The notes beneath the pieces are model-generated. The model did no database searches and had not been told where the DNA came from. It saw only the letters and a program-made list of their open reading frames with translations. Made by a program: the position numbers and the translations under genes. From Acaryochloris marina S15 (GTDB lineage Bacteria > Cyanobacteriota > Cyanobacteriia > Thermosynechococcales > Thermosynechococcaceae), in contig NZ_CP064923.1 in the NCBI RefSeq assembly GCF_018336915.1, positions 3,090,001 through 3,122,000 of the forward strand: a stretch of DNA of 32,000 nt, written 5' to 3'. The first letter of the stretch is position 1. The number at the start of each line of letters is the position of its first letter. Shown here one piece after another: positions 1-7,444 of the stretch.

Positions 1-56
1 GACTCATATCGCTACGTAGGCAGCCTACCTTTAGCATTACAGAGAGAGTCCAAATT

Positions 57-233
57 ATGGATAGTCAGTTCAAGACCCTCGTCGTATTTAGTCACGCCAC
101 GATGATTGTCATGCTCATGGTTACCCTATTTTGGCTGTCAAATTCTTGGCCCAATTTGTTACCTGGCTCATTTCTACCGGCGCAGGAGCAAAATCAGATT
201 ATCAACCCTTCCCTCAATTGGCCGCAGTCCTAG
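57..233 (+). CDS. possible small membrane protein (58 aa)
   Basis: ATG at 57 to TAG at 231-233. The translation MDSQFKTLVVFSHATMIVMLMVTLFWLSNSW... contains one hydrophobic helix. It falls below the ORF-track length cutoff, and I did not assess an RBS. Confidence 0.25.
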   Translation: MDSQFKTLVVFSHATMIVMLMVTLFWLSNSWPNLLPGSFLPAQEQNQIINPSLNWPQS

Positions 234-347
234 CTTCTGAAGACAGAAGACGTCTGTTTAGATAGGATTGCTGACTAGACTGCCCCAAAGAATATTCATT
301 TACGCCAAACATTTTAGCCAGGGATTTGTCTACACTCTTAAATTGAG

Positions 348-1670
348 GTGAAGATTATCTCTTTGTCTCAATTATTGAAGTGTGGATGCGTGGCAGTGGC
401 AACAACCCAAAGAAGCGAACAGAATCAATCAGAACCCAAACAACCCCAACGCTCTAGGGATTGGTCATGGCCCTATTGGCCATTTGTCCCCCTGTACCCC
501 TATAGTCAACGCCGCACCCTCTGCCGAGAGATCATCAAAGGAAAAATTTGGACCTTTGAGCAGCTCCAGGGCATTCTTTATGTGATTATCCCCGTGCGGA
601 TGACGGTCATTAAATTAGCTGCTGGGGGGTTGTTGGTTTATGCGCCAGTTGCCCCCACACGGGAATGTATCCGCCTGGTCAAAGACCTAATTGAAAAGCA
701 TGGTGAGATTAAATACATTATCCTGCCGACTGCTTCTGGGATTGAGCATAAGGTGTTTACGGGGCCTTTCTCTAAGCGGTTTCCACAGGCCCAAGTTTTT
801 GTCTCACCTAGCCAATGGACGTTTCCACTCAATATCCCCTTGAGTTGGCTGGGGCTGTCTCGTCGCCAAACCCAAGAACTACCAGCCAATAGTGCAGATA
901 CTCCCTTTGCCGATGAATTTGACTATGCCATTTTAGGTCCCGTGGATTTGGGCCTAGGTCCATTTGAAGAAGTCGCTCTTTTTCATAAACAATCCAAAAC
1001 TTTGCTGGTAACAGACTCCATTGTTTCTATTCCCGTGAACCCACCCCAGGTGTTACAGTTTGCCCCCTATCCGATGCTATTCCATGCCAAAAATAATGCC
1101 TTTGACGTAGTTGAAGATACGCCAACGGTCCGGCGCAAAGGGTGGCAACGTATGGCCCTATTCGCCTTCTATTTCCAGCCGAGTGTGTTAGACGTTGTGA
1201 ATACAAAACAGACTTTTAAGGATGCCCGGAAAGCTCCTGATCGATCCAAGAAAGCTTATTTTGGCTTATTTCCCGTACAGTGGAATCCAGATTGGAAGAG
1301 AGCCTTCGATGCATTCCGCCAAGATGGAAATCCGATTGTGGCACCCATTCTGCGAAAACTGATTTTTAATCGCAATCCAGAGATGGTACTCCAGTGGGCT
1401 GATCGAGTGGCTCAATGGAATTTTCGTCGCATTATTCCCTGCCATTTAGATGCGCCTGTTATGACCACGCCCCAGAAATTTAGTCAGGCTTTTGACTTTT
1501 TGCGGCCTTTACCACCTCCTAAACGAGGGTGGTTTGCTAAAAAACAACCCATCTCAGTGAGCTTTCCCAAGGAAGATATGGCCTTTTTGGATCGGGTGGA
1601 TCGATTCTTGTGCGATCGCAACATTACACCACCGGCTAAATCCTTGCCTAGAGAGACCTCAGAGCAATAG
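348..1670 (+). CDS. DUF4336-family protein (conserved cyanobacterial/plant, metallo-beta-lactamase-like fold)
   Basis: 440-aa ORF. The N-terminal block WPYWPFVPLYPYSQRRT...IWTFEQLQGILYVIIPVRMTVIKL..GGLLVYAPVAPT...ILPT.SGIEHKVF matches my recollection of DUF4336 proteins. Confidence 0.75.
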   Translation: MKIISLSQLLKCGCVAVATTQRSEQNQSEPKQPQRSRDWSWPYWPFVPLYPYSQRRTLCREIIKGKIWTFEQLQGILYVIIPVRMTVIKLAAGGLLVYAPVAPTRECIRLVKDLIEKHGEIKYIILPTASGIEHKVFTGPFSKRFPQAQVFVSPSQWTFPLNIPLSWLGLSRRQTQELPANSADTPFADEFDYAILGPVDLGLGPFEEVALFHKQSKTLLVTDSIVSIPVNPPQVLQFAPYPMLFHAKNNAFDVVEDTPTVRRKGWQRMALFAFYFQPSVLDVVNTKQTFKDARKAPDRSKKAYFGLFPVQWNPDWKRAFDAFRQDGNPIVAPILRKLIFNRNPEMVLQWADRVAQWNFRRIIPCHLDAPVMTTPQKFSQAFDFLRPLPPPKRGWFAKKQPISVSFPKEDMAFLDRVDRFLCDRNITPPAKSLPRETSEQ

Positions 1671-1709
1671 TTTCTTGTTGTTGGATGCTTGGATCAAGGC
1701 GATCGCTCT

Positions 1710-1831
1710 GGGAGCATGTCACCTTTGCAATCTAGTATTTATACTTATCCCAGAAATCCTTGCTAGTCTTGCTTTCAGACATCAAATTTCTGATTACAAA
1801 TTTTGTGCATCTGCAAAGGTGACATGCTCCC
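1710..1831. repeat. MITE-like element or long hairpin: perfect 20-bp terminal inverted repeats
   Basis: GGGAGCATGTCACCTTTGCA at 1710-1729 and its exact reverse complement at 1812-1831 flank an AT-rich core of about 82 bp. The element lies just downstream of the DUF4336 stop codon. Confidence 0.6.
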
Positions 1832-2078
1832 CATGCCAACCACCACGAAGCTCAGAATGCCGCTTTAAGGGGACGATGTAGTGCTTATCGAAGGAGACAG
1901 AATCTCTACGCCAAGAAGCTGTCAGGGTTACAGCGGGTGTTAGACGTACAACGACTGATTCATAACTGAGTTAGGCCAAATTGAGGCCTCAGTAAGCAAA
2001 CAATACCGGCAATGGAGATGGGATTTTGTTCACGCCCGCTGAGCACTTTAGAACTCCTAATCAGTAAAAGTTTGAAGT

Positions 2079-2756
2079 ATGTGCCCTGGTCATAGACCAG
2101 TCCCCCCCGCCCAGATGTCCGCTCTAGCCAAAACCTATGGTGCTCAGAAAGGGAGTAAAGCTATTGACTCATTCCAACAACAGATTCCATCAATGGCTCA
2201 AGGGATTCATGCTTGGTGGCTATGGGTGACTCAAGCGCTAAAGGGAGTCACAGATGATCTTGATGTACAGAACTGGGTACTCATGTGCCTATTGCCCTGG
2301 GCTTATTGGCAACAGCAAACGGACAAAACCCGGCATCCTCTACTCAAGGCAGATTATCGAAAGGCGACTGAACAAGCTTATGAACAGTTGCTTAAGCACC
2401 CCATAACTCAACAGATGGACTCTCAAAAAAGCCAGGAGTGGGTAGACTGGGCGCAATGGATGAGTACGAAGTATCAACGAACTTCCTCCGCAGTTGAGGG
2501 ACGTAATGGCTATCTATCCCGATTGCATCATGCAGCCCGAGGGTTCTCGGAAGAATCCTTGAAGGTACTCACCATCATCCACAATTTTGACCTCAAAAGA
2601 GCAGATGGCATTACCGCAGCACAACGGCTTTTTGGACATCCTTTTCCTGATGTGTTTGAGTCAGTTGTTAGCTCTATGGGGGAATTGCCAGTGGCACGTC
2701 AGTCTTCAAAAACAAAACGGCCTAACCCTTTAACCCAAGCTATTTTCCCGGCTTAA
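2079..2756 (+). pseudogene. C-terminal fragment of a transposase-like (DUF6399-like) protein
   Basis: 225-aa ORF. The motif SSAVEGRNGYLSRLHHAARGFSEESLKVLTIIHNFDLKRADGITAAQRLFG resembles the C-terminus of much longer cyanobacterial transposase-associated proteins (from memory, unverified). No matching N-terminal part is present upstream. Confidence 0.45.
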
Positions 2757-2897
2757 ATTGATACCCGCCCTTAGTGCATACAGAGAGGCAGATATGCGAA
2801 CCCTTCTGTTATTAAATGCCTTCAGATGTACCTTTATCACTCACTGTTTTAACCCTTGCAAACGTGCGTTAGATCATTTGTAACACGTTTGTAGCAT

Positions 2898-2950
2898 ATA
2901 CTACCAGGTGAATATTCCCTTTCTGAAGGGGAATATTCACCTGGTAGTAT
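2898..2950. repeat. perfect 22-bp-stem hairpin / palindromic repeat
   Basis: ATACTACCAGGTGAATATTCCC (2898-2919), a 9-nt loop TTTCTGAAG, then the exact reverse complement (2929-2950). Confidence 0.8.
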
Positions 2951-3398
2951 TTCCTTGAGAATGCTTCACCCACATGAGTTTTAGTGTGTTCAATCGGATG
3001 ACTTTTTCGATCTGAAGCCTTGAAGTTAGATGTGCCTGCAAGCCATGTCAAACAGAGTTTTCAAGCGCCAGGTGAAGTAATATGTAATACGAGTTTTGCT
3101 TATTTACTATTTATTCGAACTGGTTTTAAGCCTCTAGTAAAGGCGAAATATATATCGATAAGAGAGAAATTAATTTTCAGTGGAAACTGAACCTCTGGGG
3201 TCTCTGACCATATTTAGAATTCTAAAAAAAATAAATCGACCTATATATATAACTTATTAGTGAGTTTAAACAATATGATTGAATCAAAAAATCATCGATT
3301 AAACGTACAAGATTGTCTCAAAAATTACTATATTTTTCATTGAAATAGGCCAGGATATCTGTAGATAAAGCTCAGTCCTAGGAAGCAAAGTAAAAGCC

Positions 3399-3644
3399 GT
3401 GGCTAAAAGTTGTCGCAGATGTAAGAGCCGTTATCTCATACATTCTCGCCTTAGAGGATTCCATGAAAATGTGCTTTTACTTTTTAACATTCACCCCTAT
3501 CGCTGTAAGTCTTGTGGACATAGATTCTACGGGTTCTTGAGAGTTAGTCAGTCTAGGGATAAATTGCCTATCATAAGCCTCCTAAAACACTTTTATTCCA
3601 AAGCCTTTAGGGCATTGCAAAATTTTAAGACTTCCCGCCATTGA
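3399..3644 (+). CDS. hypothetical small zinc-ribbon protein
   Basis: 81-aa ORF with two CxxC pairs (CRRC...CKSC). It is preceded by a visibly AT-rich region. Coding status is uncertain. Confidence 0.3.
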   Translation: MAKSCRRCKSRYLIHSRLRGFHENVLLLFNIHPYRCKSCGHRFYGFLRVSQSRDKLPIISLLKHFYSKAFRALQNFKTSRH

Positions 3645-3699
3645 GTAGAGCTGGACCAAAATAATCCTCAATAATCGTTCGCATCGCATTTCCTAAGGA

Positions 3700-3792
3700 A
3701 TTGCCCCTACAGCGGACCGAACCCTTCTGGTGGAATTCTAGGTATAGAGCTAATCTTTATCCACTCTTCGACAACAGCATATGGGATGAGAA
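3700..3792 (-). pseudogene. tRNA remnant (Ser-tRNA-derived variable arm/T-stem fragment)
   Basis: The RNA-sense sequence ...GGGTTCGGTCCGCTGTAGGGG parallels ACGGTTCGCTGTAGGGG of the adjacent tRNA-Ser. I could not build an acceptor stem, anticodon arm or T arm. Confidence 0.25.
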
Positions 3793-3875
3793 AGGAAGGT
3801 GGAGGAATCGAACCCCTACAGCGAACCGTACCCTGATTTTCAAGACCAGTTGCCGACCATTCGGCGGCACCTTCC
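3793..3875 (-). tRNA. tRNA-Ser(UGA)
   Basis: Acceptor GGAAGGT/ACCTTCC; anticodon stem CTGGT/ATCAG with loop CTTGAAA; long variable arm; T arm AGGGG-TTCGATT-CCTCC. CCA is not encoded. Confidence 0.8.
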
Positions 3876-3891
3876 ATAAAGCGTGAATTGG

Positions 3892-3966
3892 GGTGGCCGA
3901 CGGGACTTGAACCCGCTAACACTAGGATCACAACCTAGCTCCTCGTCCGCTTCGGATTCGGCCAAC
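3892..3966 (-). tRNA. tRNA-His(GUG)
   Basis: Anticodon stem CTAGG/CCTAG with loop TTGTGAT; T arm GCGGG-TTCAAGT-CCCGT; an extra 5' G opposite C73, as expected for His. Weak points are a 1:72 mismatch and a D stem of only 3 bp. Confidence 0.6.
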
Positions 3967-4062
3967 ACAGTGGATTCTGGTCGGATTTGTACGCATAGCG
4001 TCTCCGATAGGAGATACCGACATCTTTCTGCACAAGGCAGATGCTTTGCCAATTACATATAG
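3967..4062 (-). pseudogene. tRNA-like gene with T-loop module and degenerate 5' half
   Basis: Perfect T stem GTCGG/CCGAC enclosing TATCTCCTATCGGAGACGCTATGCG+TACAAAT. There is a possible anticodon hairpin TCTG-CCTTGTG-CAGA. I found no convincing acceptor pairing or D arm. Confidence 0.35.
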
Positions 4063-4135
4063 AAGGAGTGGTAGGATTTGAACCTACACAGACCGATTTA
4101 GAAGATCGGTGCCCCATCCTTTAGGCGACACTCCC
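4063..4135 (-). tRNA. tRNA-Arg(UCU)
   Basis: Acceptor GGGAGTG/CACTCCT (G1-U72); anticodon stem CCGAT/ATCGG with loop CTTCTAA; T arm GTAGG-TTCAAAT-CCTAC. Confidence 0.85.
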
Positions 4136-4140
4136 AGGTT

Positions 4141-4230
4141 TGGTAGGGGATCTGGGTTATGATCCCAGCCGTCTAGACTAATCTGGTCCCCTCGCTTATA
4201 AGGCGAAGCCGCTCACCAGAGCTATCCCCC
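4141..4230 (-). tRNA. atypical tRNA-like gene with UAU anticodon (Ile AUA reader), long extra arm, non-canonical T-loop
   Basis: Acceptor GGGGGAT/ATCCCCT followed by encoded ACCA; D stem GCTC/GAGC with a 4-nt loop; anticodon stem TTCGC/GCGAG with loop CTTATAA; extra arm of about 21 nt; T arm CTGGG-ATCATAA-CCCAG, which lacks TTC. Confidence 0.5.
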
Positions 4231-4235
4231 ACTGA

Positions 4236-4357
4236 TGGTCCCTGTAGGATTCGTACGCGAAGCAGCTCCGTTGACGAAGCCACCCCAAAGGGGCTTGGAG
4301 CTACCTATGGCCACCTTTTTGTAAGAAAGGCACTCTCCCAGGCTGAGTTACAGGACC
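4236..4357 (-). tRNA. tRNA-Val(UAC)-like with enlarged T-loop module
   Basis: 5' acceptor GGTCCTG; D stem ACTC/GAGT; anticodon stem CCTTT/AAAGG with loop CTTACAA. T stem (A)TAGG/CCTA(C) encloses TAGCTCC-[27-nt inner hairpin]-GGAGCTGCTTCGCG+TACGAAT. The 3' acceptor strand has one extra G. Confidence 0.55.
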
Positions 4358-4361
4358 ACAA

Positions 4362-4432
4362 AGCGAGTGGTGAGATTCGCACTCACGCGCTGGCGTTGGC
4401 ACTGCCAGATGCTACTGCTACATCACACTCGC
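4362..4432 (-). tRNA. tRNA-Gly(GCC)
   Basis: Perfect acceptor GCGAGTG/CACTCGC; D stem GATG/CATC; anticodon stem TGGC(A)/(C)GCCA with loop GTGCCAA; T arm GTGAG-TGCGAAT-CTCAC. Confidence 0.7.
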
Positions 4433-4436
4433 CCAA

Positions 4437-4517
4437 AGCGGATAACGAGATTTGTTCGCGAAGCGTCTCCTCACATCAAGAGTTTAGAAGCCTCTGATGC
4501 TGGCACACCATATCCGC
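4437..4517 (-). tRNA. tRNA-Arg(UCU)-like with short T-loop module
   Basis: Perfect acceptor GCGGATA/TATCCGC; anticodon stem AGAG/CTCT with loop CTTCTAA. T stem GTGAG/CTCGT (two G-U pairs) encloses GAGACGCTTCGCG+AACAAAT. The D arm is irregular. Confidence 0.5.
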
Positions 4518-4582
4518 AAAAGGTTTATATCCGTTAGGTTTTATGCACCTAAGTTATTTAGACCTCAATGATTTCGCACCTA

Positions 4583-5098
4583 TTAATTCGGCTGTTCAGC
4601 TATTTTTAAGTAGGTGTTATAAGTCAAGTCGCCAAAGCAGGCAAAGATAACTTTGGTCATAAATTGATTTTCCTGCAAGAAATTGAGGGTCGTTTCAAAG
4701 GCGATCTGACAGGCTTGGTCTATCGGATAGCCATAGACTCCGCAACTAATGGCAGGAAAGGCTATGGCTTGAATCCCATTGCCAACTGCTAACTCTAAGC
4801 TACGTTGATAGCAGGCTTGCAACAAAATCGCTTCATTGGCTCCCCCTCCTCGCCAAATAGGACCAACGGTGTGAATCACATACTTGGCTGGCAGTTGATA
4901 CCCTTTCGTGAGTTTGACATGGCCTGTTTTACAGCCTTTAAGCATTCGGCATTCTGCCAAAAGTTGTGGCCCGGCTGCGCGATGAATTGCTCCATCGACT
5001 CCACTCCCGCCAAGCAATGACTCATTAGCTGCATTGACAATCGCATCTACCTTAAGGGTTGTGATATCAGTTTGGACAATTTCGATTCGAGCATTCAT
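4583..5098 (-). CDS. macrodomain protein (YmdB / O-acetyl-ADP-ribose deacetylase-like)
   Basis: 171 aa with hallmark macrodomain motifs: [49 protein letters not shown]. It is embedded between tRNA genes on the same strand. Confidence 0.85.
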   Translation of the reverse strand: MNARIEIVQTDITTLKVDAIVNAANESLLGGSGVDGAIHRAAGPQLLAECRMLKGCKTGHVKLTKGYQLPAKYVIHTVGPIWRGGGANEAILLQACYQRSLELAVGNGIQAIAFPAISCGVYGYPIDQACQIAFETTLNFLQENQFMTKVIFACFGDLTYNTYLKIAEQPN

Positions 5099-5163
5099 GG
5101 ATTAGCCCCTTAGGGAATTCCCTTGTGAGAAATATCATCATTCTGTACCTAAATAATGGAACA

Positions 5164-5260
5164 AGCTGGTGACAGGGGTTGTTCGCGAAGCGTCTCCGAA
5201 GGAGAAACCTGCAACCTATTGTTTACAAGACAATTGCTCTAGCCATTGAGCTGCACCAGC
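5164..5260 (-). tRNA. tRNA-Thr(UGU)-like with 24-nt T-loop module
   Basis: Perfect acceptor GCTGGTG/CACCAGC; D stem GCTC/GAGC; anticodon stem ATTGT/ACAAT with loop CTTGTAA. T stem GCAGG/CCTGT encloses TTTCTCCTTCGGAGACGCTTCGCG+AACAACC, a 31-nt loop. Confidence 0.65.
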
Positions 5261-5275
5261 TCAAGTTTTGGTATT

Positions 5276-5352
5276 TGGTAGCGGAGGTGAGAGTTGCACT
5301 CACGGATGTGCAGCTTATGAAACTGCCGAGCCCCTCTTGCTCCATCTCCGCT
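5276..5352 (-). tRNA. tRNA-Met/Ile2(CAU)
   Basis: Perfect acceptor AGCGGAG/CTCCGCT followed by encoded ACCA; anticodon stem GCAGT/GCTGC with loop TTCATAA; T arm GTGAG-TGCAACT-CTCAC. Confidence 0.7.
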
Positions 5353-5457
5353 ATGAGGGTTGGGATATTACATTGCTCTAGAGTGGTTGCCAATTTTGGA
5401 GTTGTTTTAGGAGGTGGAGGATGATTTGCGATCGCAAAACTCATACCTACCGTGAAC

Positions 5458-5880
5458 CTATACTCCTGGCATTTGAGCCAGATCTGGCTCCACCCAACAC
5501 TGTCTGGCTGCCTTCGACATCAACCGATCCTTCGAGTAGTAGATCAAGGGGAGATGGCGTTCACCCCACTCTTCTATCAAAGTCTCAGCTAGTTGATCGA
5601 TGGGCTGTGAGACATCATGCTGTTCAAGGAAATAAATAATCACTTTCAGATAAAATTGCGTGATGGTCTCGTGATAGCCCGAAGTCTCCGTGTTCACCAC
5701 ACCACACACAATGTTGTACCGTTGAATACACTCCCGAAGCAGATTTAACGCTGTTTGAGAGGAATAGTGCATCAGATGCCAGAGTCCTACCCGCAAATGA
5801 GCTTCATGAGTCCACGCTGATTTTGGTAACGTGCAATCACAAAATTCTTGGACGATTGTACTGGTGTTGGATTTGACCAT
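5458..5880 (-). CDS. hypothetical protein (140 aa from the ATG at 5880; the ORF track extends it to a TTG at 5907)
   Basis: ORF inside the tRNA operon. GGAAG lies 5 nt upstream of the ATG (MVKSNTS...). The sequence is His-rich (WTHEAHLRVGLWHLMHY, GYHETIT). I do not recognise a family. Confidence 0.55.
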   Translation of the reverse strand: MVKSNTSTIVQEFCDCTLPKSAWTHEAHLRVGLWHLMHYSSQTALNLLRECIQRYNIVCGVVNTETSGYHETITQFYLKVIIYFLEQHDVSQPIDQLAETLIEEWGERHLPLIYYSKDRLMSKAARQCWVEPDLAQMPGV

Positions 5881-5989
5881 TAGACTTCCATCTTGACTCG
5901 CAAGCAATCATGAGCTGGCTTTCACCCGGAAATTGAGGTTGGGAGGTGGCCAATGATCAACTCCCATAGGAGCGATAGTGACCACCTGC

Positions 5990-7291
5990 CTACTGAGCAA
6001 TGTCAGAGAAAGACAGGATGCGATCGCGAAACCAAGACTTCCCAGCATTAGTAACCGCTTTATTGACATCCTTCCAAGAAAGCTGTGCTGTTTCTAATTC
6101 AGCTTTGCTTTCTTTTTGGACATCCTGGGCCAGCCACTTCAGGAATCCACCCAACTGCTTCATATCTAATGGCCCTTGGCAACTCTCAGTTAACCCTTGC
6201 TCCAAGCGAGCGGGAGTCACCATCAACGCCACAAATTCATCAATACTCTTAACGAATTCAGGATCTAGTTGCACTGGCTGCTTAGTTTTGACCACCTGAT
6301 GTTTTTCGCCTTTGGCCTTAAACATCAGCTCAGGATAGGTCAGTCGATCCACCCGGGTTTGGCTTTGAGGATAGAGAACCAGTCCTTCCCCCAATCCTTC
6401 AATTCCGAAGGTCGCTTTAACCCAAGGGTCAATTTGCTCAACTTCAGACACAAACTGGTTGATAGAATTGGCGGCTGATTCCAATTGGTCTCGGTTGCCA
6501 AAATCCAAGGTCAATGGCTCACCCAAAAAAGGTAAGACAAAGATATCTGGATGGGATGGTAAAAGCTGGGAAATCGGAGCTGGATTAACCTCCAACTTAG
6601 CAACTTCATTTTCTACTCCGCCATACTGGATTGCAAACACCGTAAAGATTCTGCGATCAATTTGGGAAATAGAAGTCCGCTTTTGAATTCCCTGACCACA
6701 CCATTCTCCGAAGATCGTGATGTGCTCGTGATCTGCCAACGCAGTGAAGTAATCCATGTGTTGACTGACCCAGTGGGCAAATCCCATATTGTCATCGTCT
6801 GGTGTGATGATCTGGGAACGACTTTGAGCAGCCACTCGACCATCCGTGAAGATTTGCACCCCGGCATTGGTTCCATCCAGCTTGATTTTTGCTCGATAGG
6901 TCACCACCGGAGTGGCTTCCAACACTATTAAGCTGCGTCGAACATTATGCAGGAGTTCCACACTCGGCCATCGCTGCATTTGCACCGACTGGACAACGGA
7001 CTGTTGGCAATAGGTCTTGGATACATCTTGCCCCATTGGTAATTCAGTTTTACCCAGTGCCATTCCATAAGAGACGATGCCTCGCAATTTAGTTGCTTTG
7101 ATTTTGGTGCCGTCTTTGAGAACGGAATTTACTTGGGCAACCAAAACTAGATCACCGACCTCATAGGTTCGTTCCAAATTTGCAATTACCTGAGTAGGAG
7201 GAGATCCAGGGGATTGCATCGTATACACTTTGAGTGAGTCAGCATTCGGATGCTTCTCGACGTTTTTTACCTCCATTACAATCACAGTCAT
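5990..7291 (-). CDS. tRNA-binding OB domain fused to an Rnl2-type (PF09414-like) ATP-dependent RNA ligase
   Basis: The start is taken at ATG 7289-7291 with GGAG 7 nt upstream; the ORF-track extension to 7441 overlaps tRNA-Lys. The N-terminus VEKHPNADSLKVY...KLRGIVSYGMAL is a Trbp111/EMAP-type tRNA_bind domain. The nucleotidyltransferase motifs follow: KLDGTN (I), IFGEWCG.GIQ (III), GEGLVLY (IV), MFKAKGEKH (V). Confidence 0.8.
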   Translation of the reverse strand: MTVIVMEVKNVEKHPNADSLKVYTMQSPGSPPTQVIANLERTYEVGDLVLVAQVNSVLKDGTKIKATKLRGIVSYGMALGKTELPMGQDVSKTYCQQSVVQSVQMQRWPSVELLHNVRRSLIVLEATPVVTYRAKIKLDGTNAGVQIFTDGRVAAQSRSQIITPDDDNMGFAHWVSQHMDYFTALADHEHITIFGEWCGQGIQKRTSISQIDRRIFTVFAIQYGGVENEVAKLEVNPAPISQLLPSHPDIFVLPFLGEPLTLDFGNRDQLESAANSINQFVSEVEQIDPWVKATFGIEGLGEGLVLYPQSQTRVDRLTYPELMFKAKGEKHQVVKTKQPVQLDPEFVKSIDEFVALMVTPARLEQGLTESCQGPLDMKQLGGFLKWLAQDVQKESKAELETAQLSWKDVNKAVTNAGKSWFRDRILSFSDIAQ

Positions 7292-7371
7292 CACGTCACT
7301 CCTCAATTGGCTGACTAATATCAACGAAATCAATGCCAGATATTCTGGCTTTTTCACCCCAAATTGGATGA

Positions 7372-7444
7372 TGGGCTGTGTAGGCTTCGAACCTACGCGC
7401 TTCCGCTTAAGAGGCGGCTGCTCTGCCAGCTGAGCTAACAACCC
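7372..7444 (-). tRNA. tRNA-Lys(CUU)
   Basis: Acceptor GGGTTGT/ACAGCCC; D stem GCTC/GAGC; anticodon loop CTCTTAA; T arm GTAGG-TTCGAAG-CCTAC. Confidence 0.9.

Noticed and set aside
382-889. ORFs 382-585(+) and 638-889(-)
   Set aside because: They overlap the DUF4336 CDS in other frames.
2869-3051. 60-aa ORF on the minus strand
   Set aside because: It spans the 22-bp perfect palindrome, and the reading frame is a by-product of the hairpin repeat.
3701-4117. ORF-track ORFs 3701-3886(+), 3707-3931(-), 3840-4052(-) and 3935-4117(-)
   Set aside because: They lie entirely over tRNA genes. Their frames are open only because of the GC-rich structured tRNA sequence, and none has RBS or family support.
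5164-5260. Reading the module hairpin as a canonical C(UUCG)G tetraloop, or the insert as a group I intron
   Set aside because: The pairing register gives NCTC(C)-loop-(G)GAGN with a 3-5-nt loop, not a C-UUCG-G closure. The insert (13-51 nt) is far too short for a group I intron and is not in the anticodon loop.
5179-5639. ORFs 5179-5424(+), 5223-5444(-) and 5421-5639(+)
   Set aside because: They overlap the Thr-like and Met tRNA genes or lie antisense to the 5458-5880 CDS, and they have no recognisable domains.
5458-5880. Calling the 140-aa protein a HEPN RNase on the basis of RVGLWH (R-x4-H)
   Set aside because: This is a single short motif near the N-terminus, whereas HEPN motifs usually sit in the C-terminal half. 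Without profile or structure evidence it could be chance.
6000-7433. Plus-strand ORFs antisense to the RNA ligase gene (6000-6299, 6269-6478, 6459-6686, 6662-6931, 6889-7092, 7230-7433), plus the minus-strand ORF 6613-6876 in an alternative frame within the same gene
   Set aside because: They are short, overlapping and low-complexity translations inside a well-supported CDS.
7292-7441. N-terminal 50 aa of ORF 5990-7441
   Set aside because: The extension reads straight through tRNA-Lys(CUU) (7372-7444). The internal ATG at 7291 has a GGAG RBS and begins exactly at the tRNA-binding domain.
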